From an uncultured delta proteobacterium (lineage in GTDB: Bacteria; Myxococcota_A; Bradymonadia; Bradymonadales; Bradymonadaceae): a stretch of DNA of 64,000 bases. A model generated the notes under the pieces. The model saw nothing but the letters and a program-made list of their open reading frames with translations, was not told the DNA's origin and did not search any database. Of the stretch, positions 63,982 through 64,000 are shown piece by piece. Numbering within the stretch: the first letter of the stretch is position 1; each line of letters begins with the position of its first letter. The position numbers and the translations under genes were made by a program. The stretch covers positions 735,236 to 799,235 of the forward strand of contig OY969087.1 of NCBI GenBank assembly GCA_963697525.1, given 5' to 3'.

Positions 63982-64000
63982 CTTGTCGCGCAGCCCGGCG

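Noticed and set aside
1-64000. tRNA, rRNA or other structured ncRNA genes
   Set aside because: No cloverleaf-like or rRNA-like conserved stretches were recognised by eye. The window appears to contain only protein-coding and repeat sequence; tRNAscan or Infernal were not run.

Overview
This is a 64 kb, roughly 68% GC window of bacterial chromosome. Gene content points to a Myxococcota-like or deltaproteobacterial genome: many Cys-rich lipoproteins, thrombospondin-type-3 repeats, MoxR/DUF58 and two-component systems. Coding density is high and genes lie on both strands. Because of the high GC, many long antisense 'shadow' ORFs appear in the ORF track and were discarded.

Recognisable housekeeping and accessory genes include:
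- map, gpsA, a tandem pair of cNMP-binding proteins, a GST, an ArsR–AHSA1 pair and kamD.
- A tightly overlapped seven-gene RDD–RDD–SpoIIM-like–DUF4129–DUF4350–MoxR–DUF58 operon.
- A sensor kinase with a periplasmic solute-binding domain plus a convergent OmpR-type two-component pair.
- A Spy/CpxP-like protein, a TetR regulator, an LLM oxidoreductase, a PHB-depolymerase-family esterase, a PEBP protein and a CpaB-like protein.
- An isochorismatase-family hydrolase, an aldo/keto reductase, a Cys-rich lipase, an acyltransferase, cardiolipin synthase and a zinc-uptake locus (outer-membrane barrel, znuA, znuC, znuB).

Most unusual features:
- An NfeD-like (YqiJ-type) membrane protein, a YqiK-type flotillin and a 1782-aa giant coiled-coil AAA+ ATPase form a three-gene operon at 30107–38415; this is the strongest candidate for an undescribed SPFH-associated system.
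- A 5'-truncated CYP102 (P450 BM3-like) fusion gene carries a dispersed repeat inside its domain linker.
- An IS200/RAYT-like HUH transposase gene is bracketed by GGTGTC(A/T)GACACC palindromes and sits next to an orphan kamD.
- Several related hairpin-containing dispersed or tandem repeat families are present, including a 37-bp array, an 88-bp array and MITE-like inverted copies bracketing two genes.
- A single ORF appears to fuse an antitoxin-like domain to a ParE/RelE toxin.
- Several genes are interrupted across reading frames.

No tRNA, rRNA or CRISPR array was recognised. All family assignments come from reading motifs by eye; no database search was possible.
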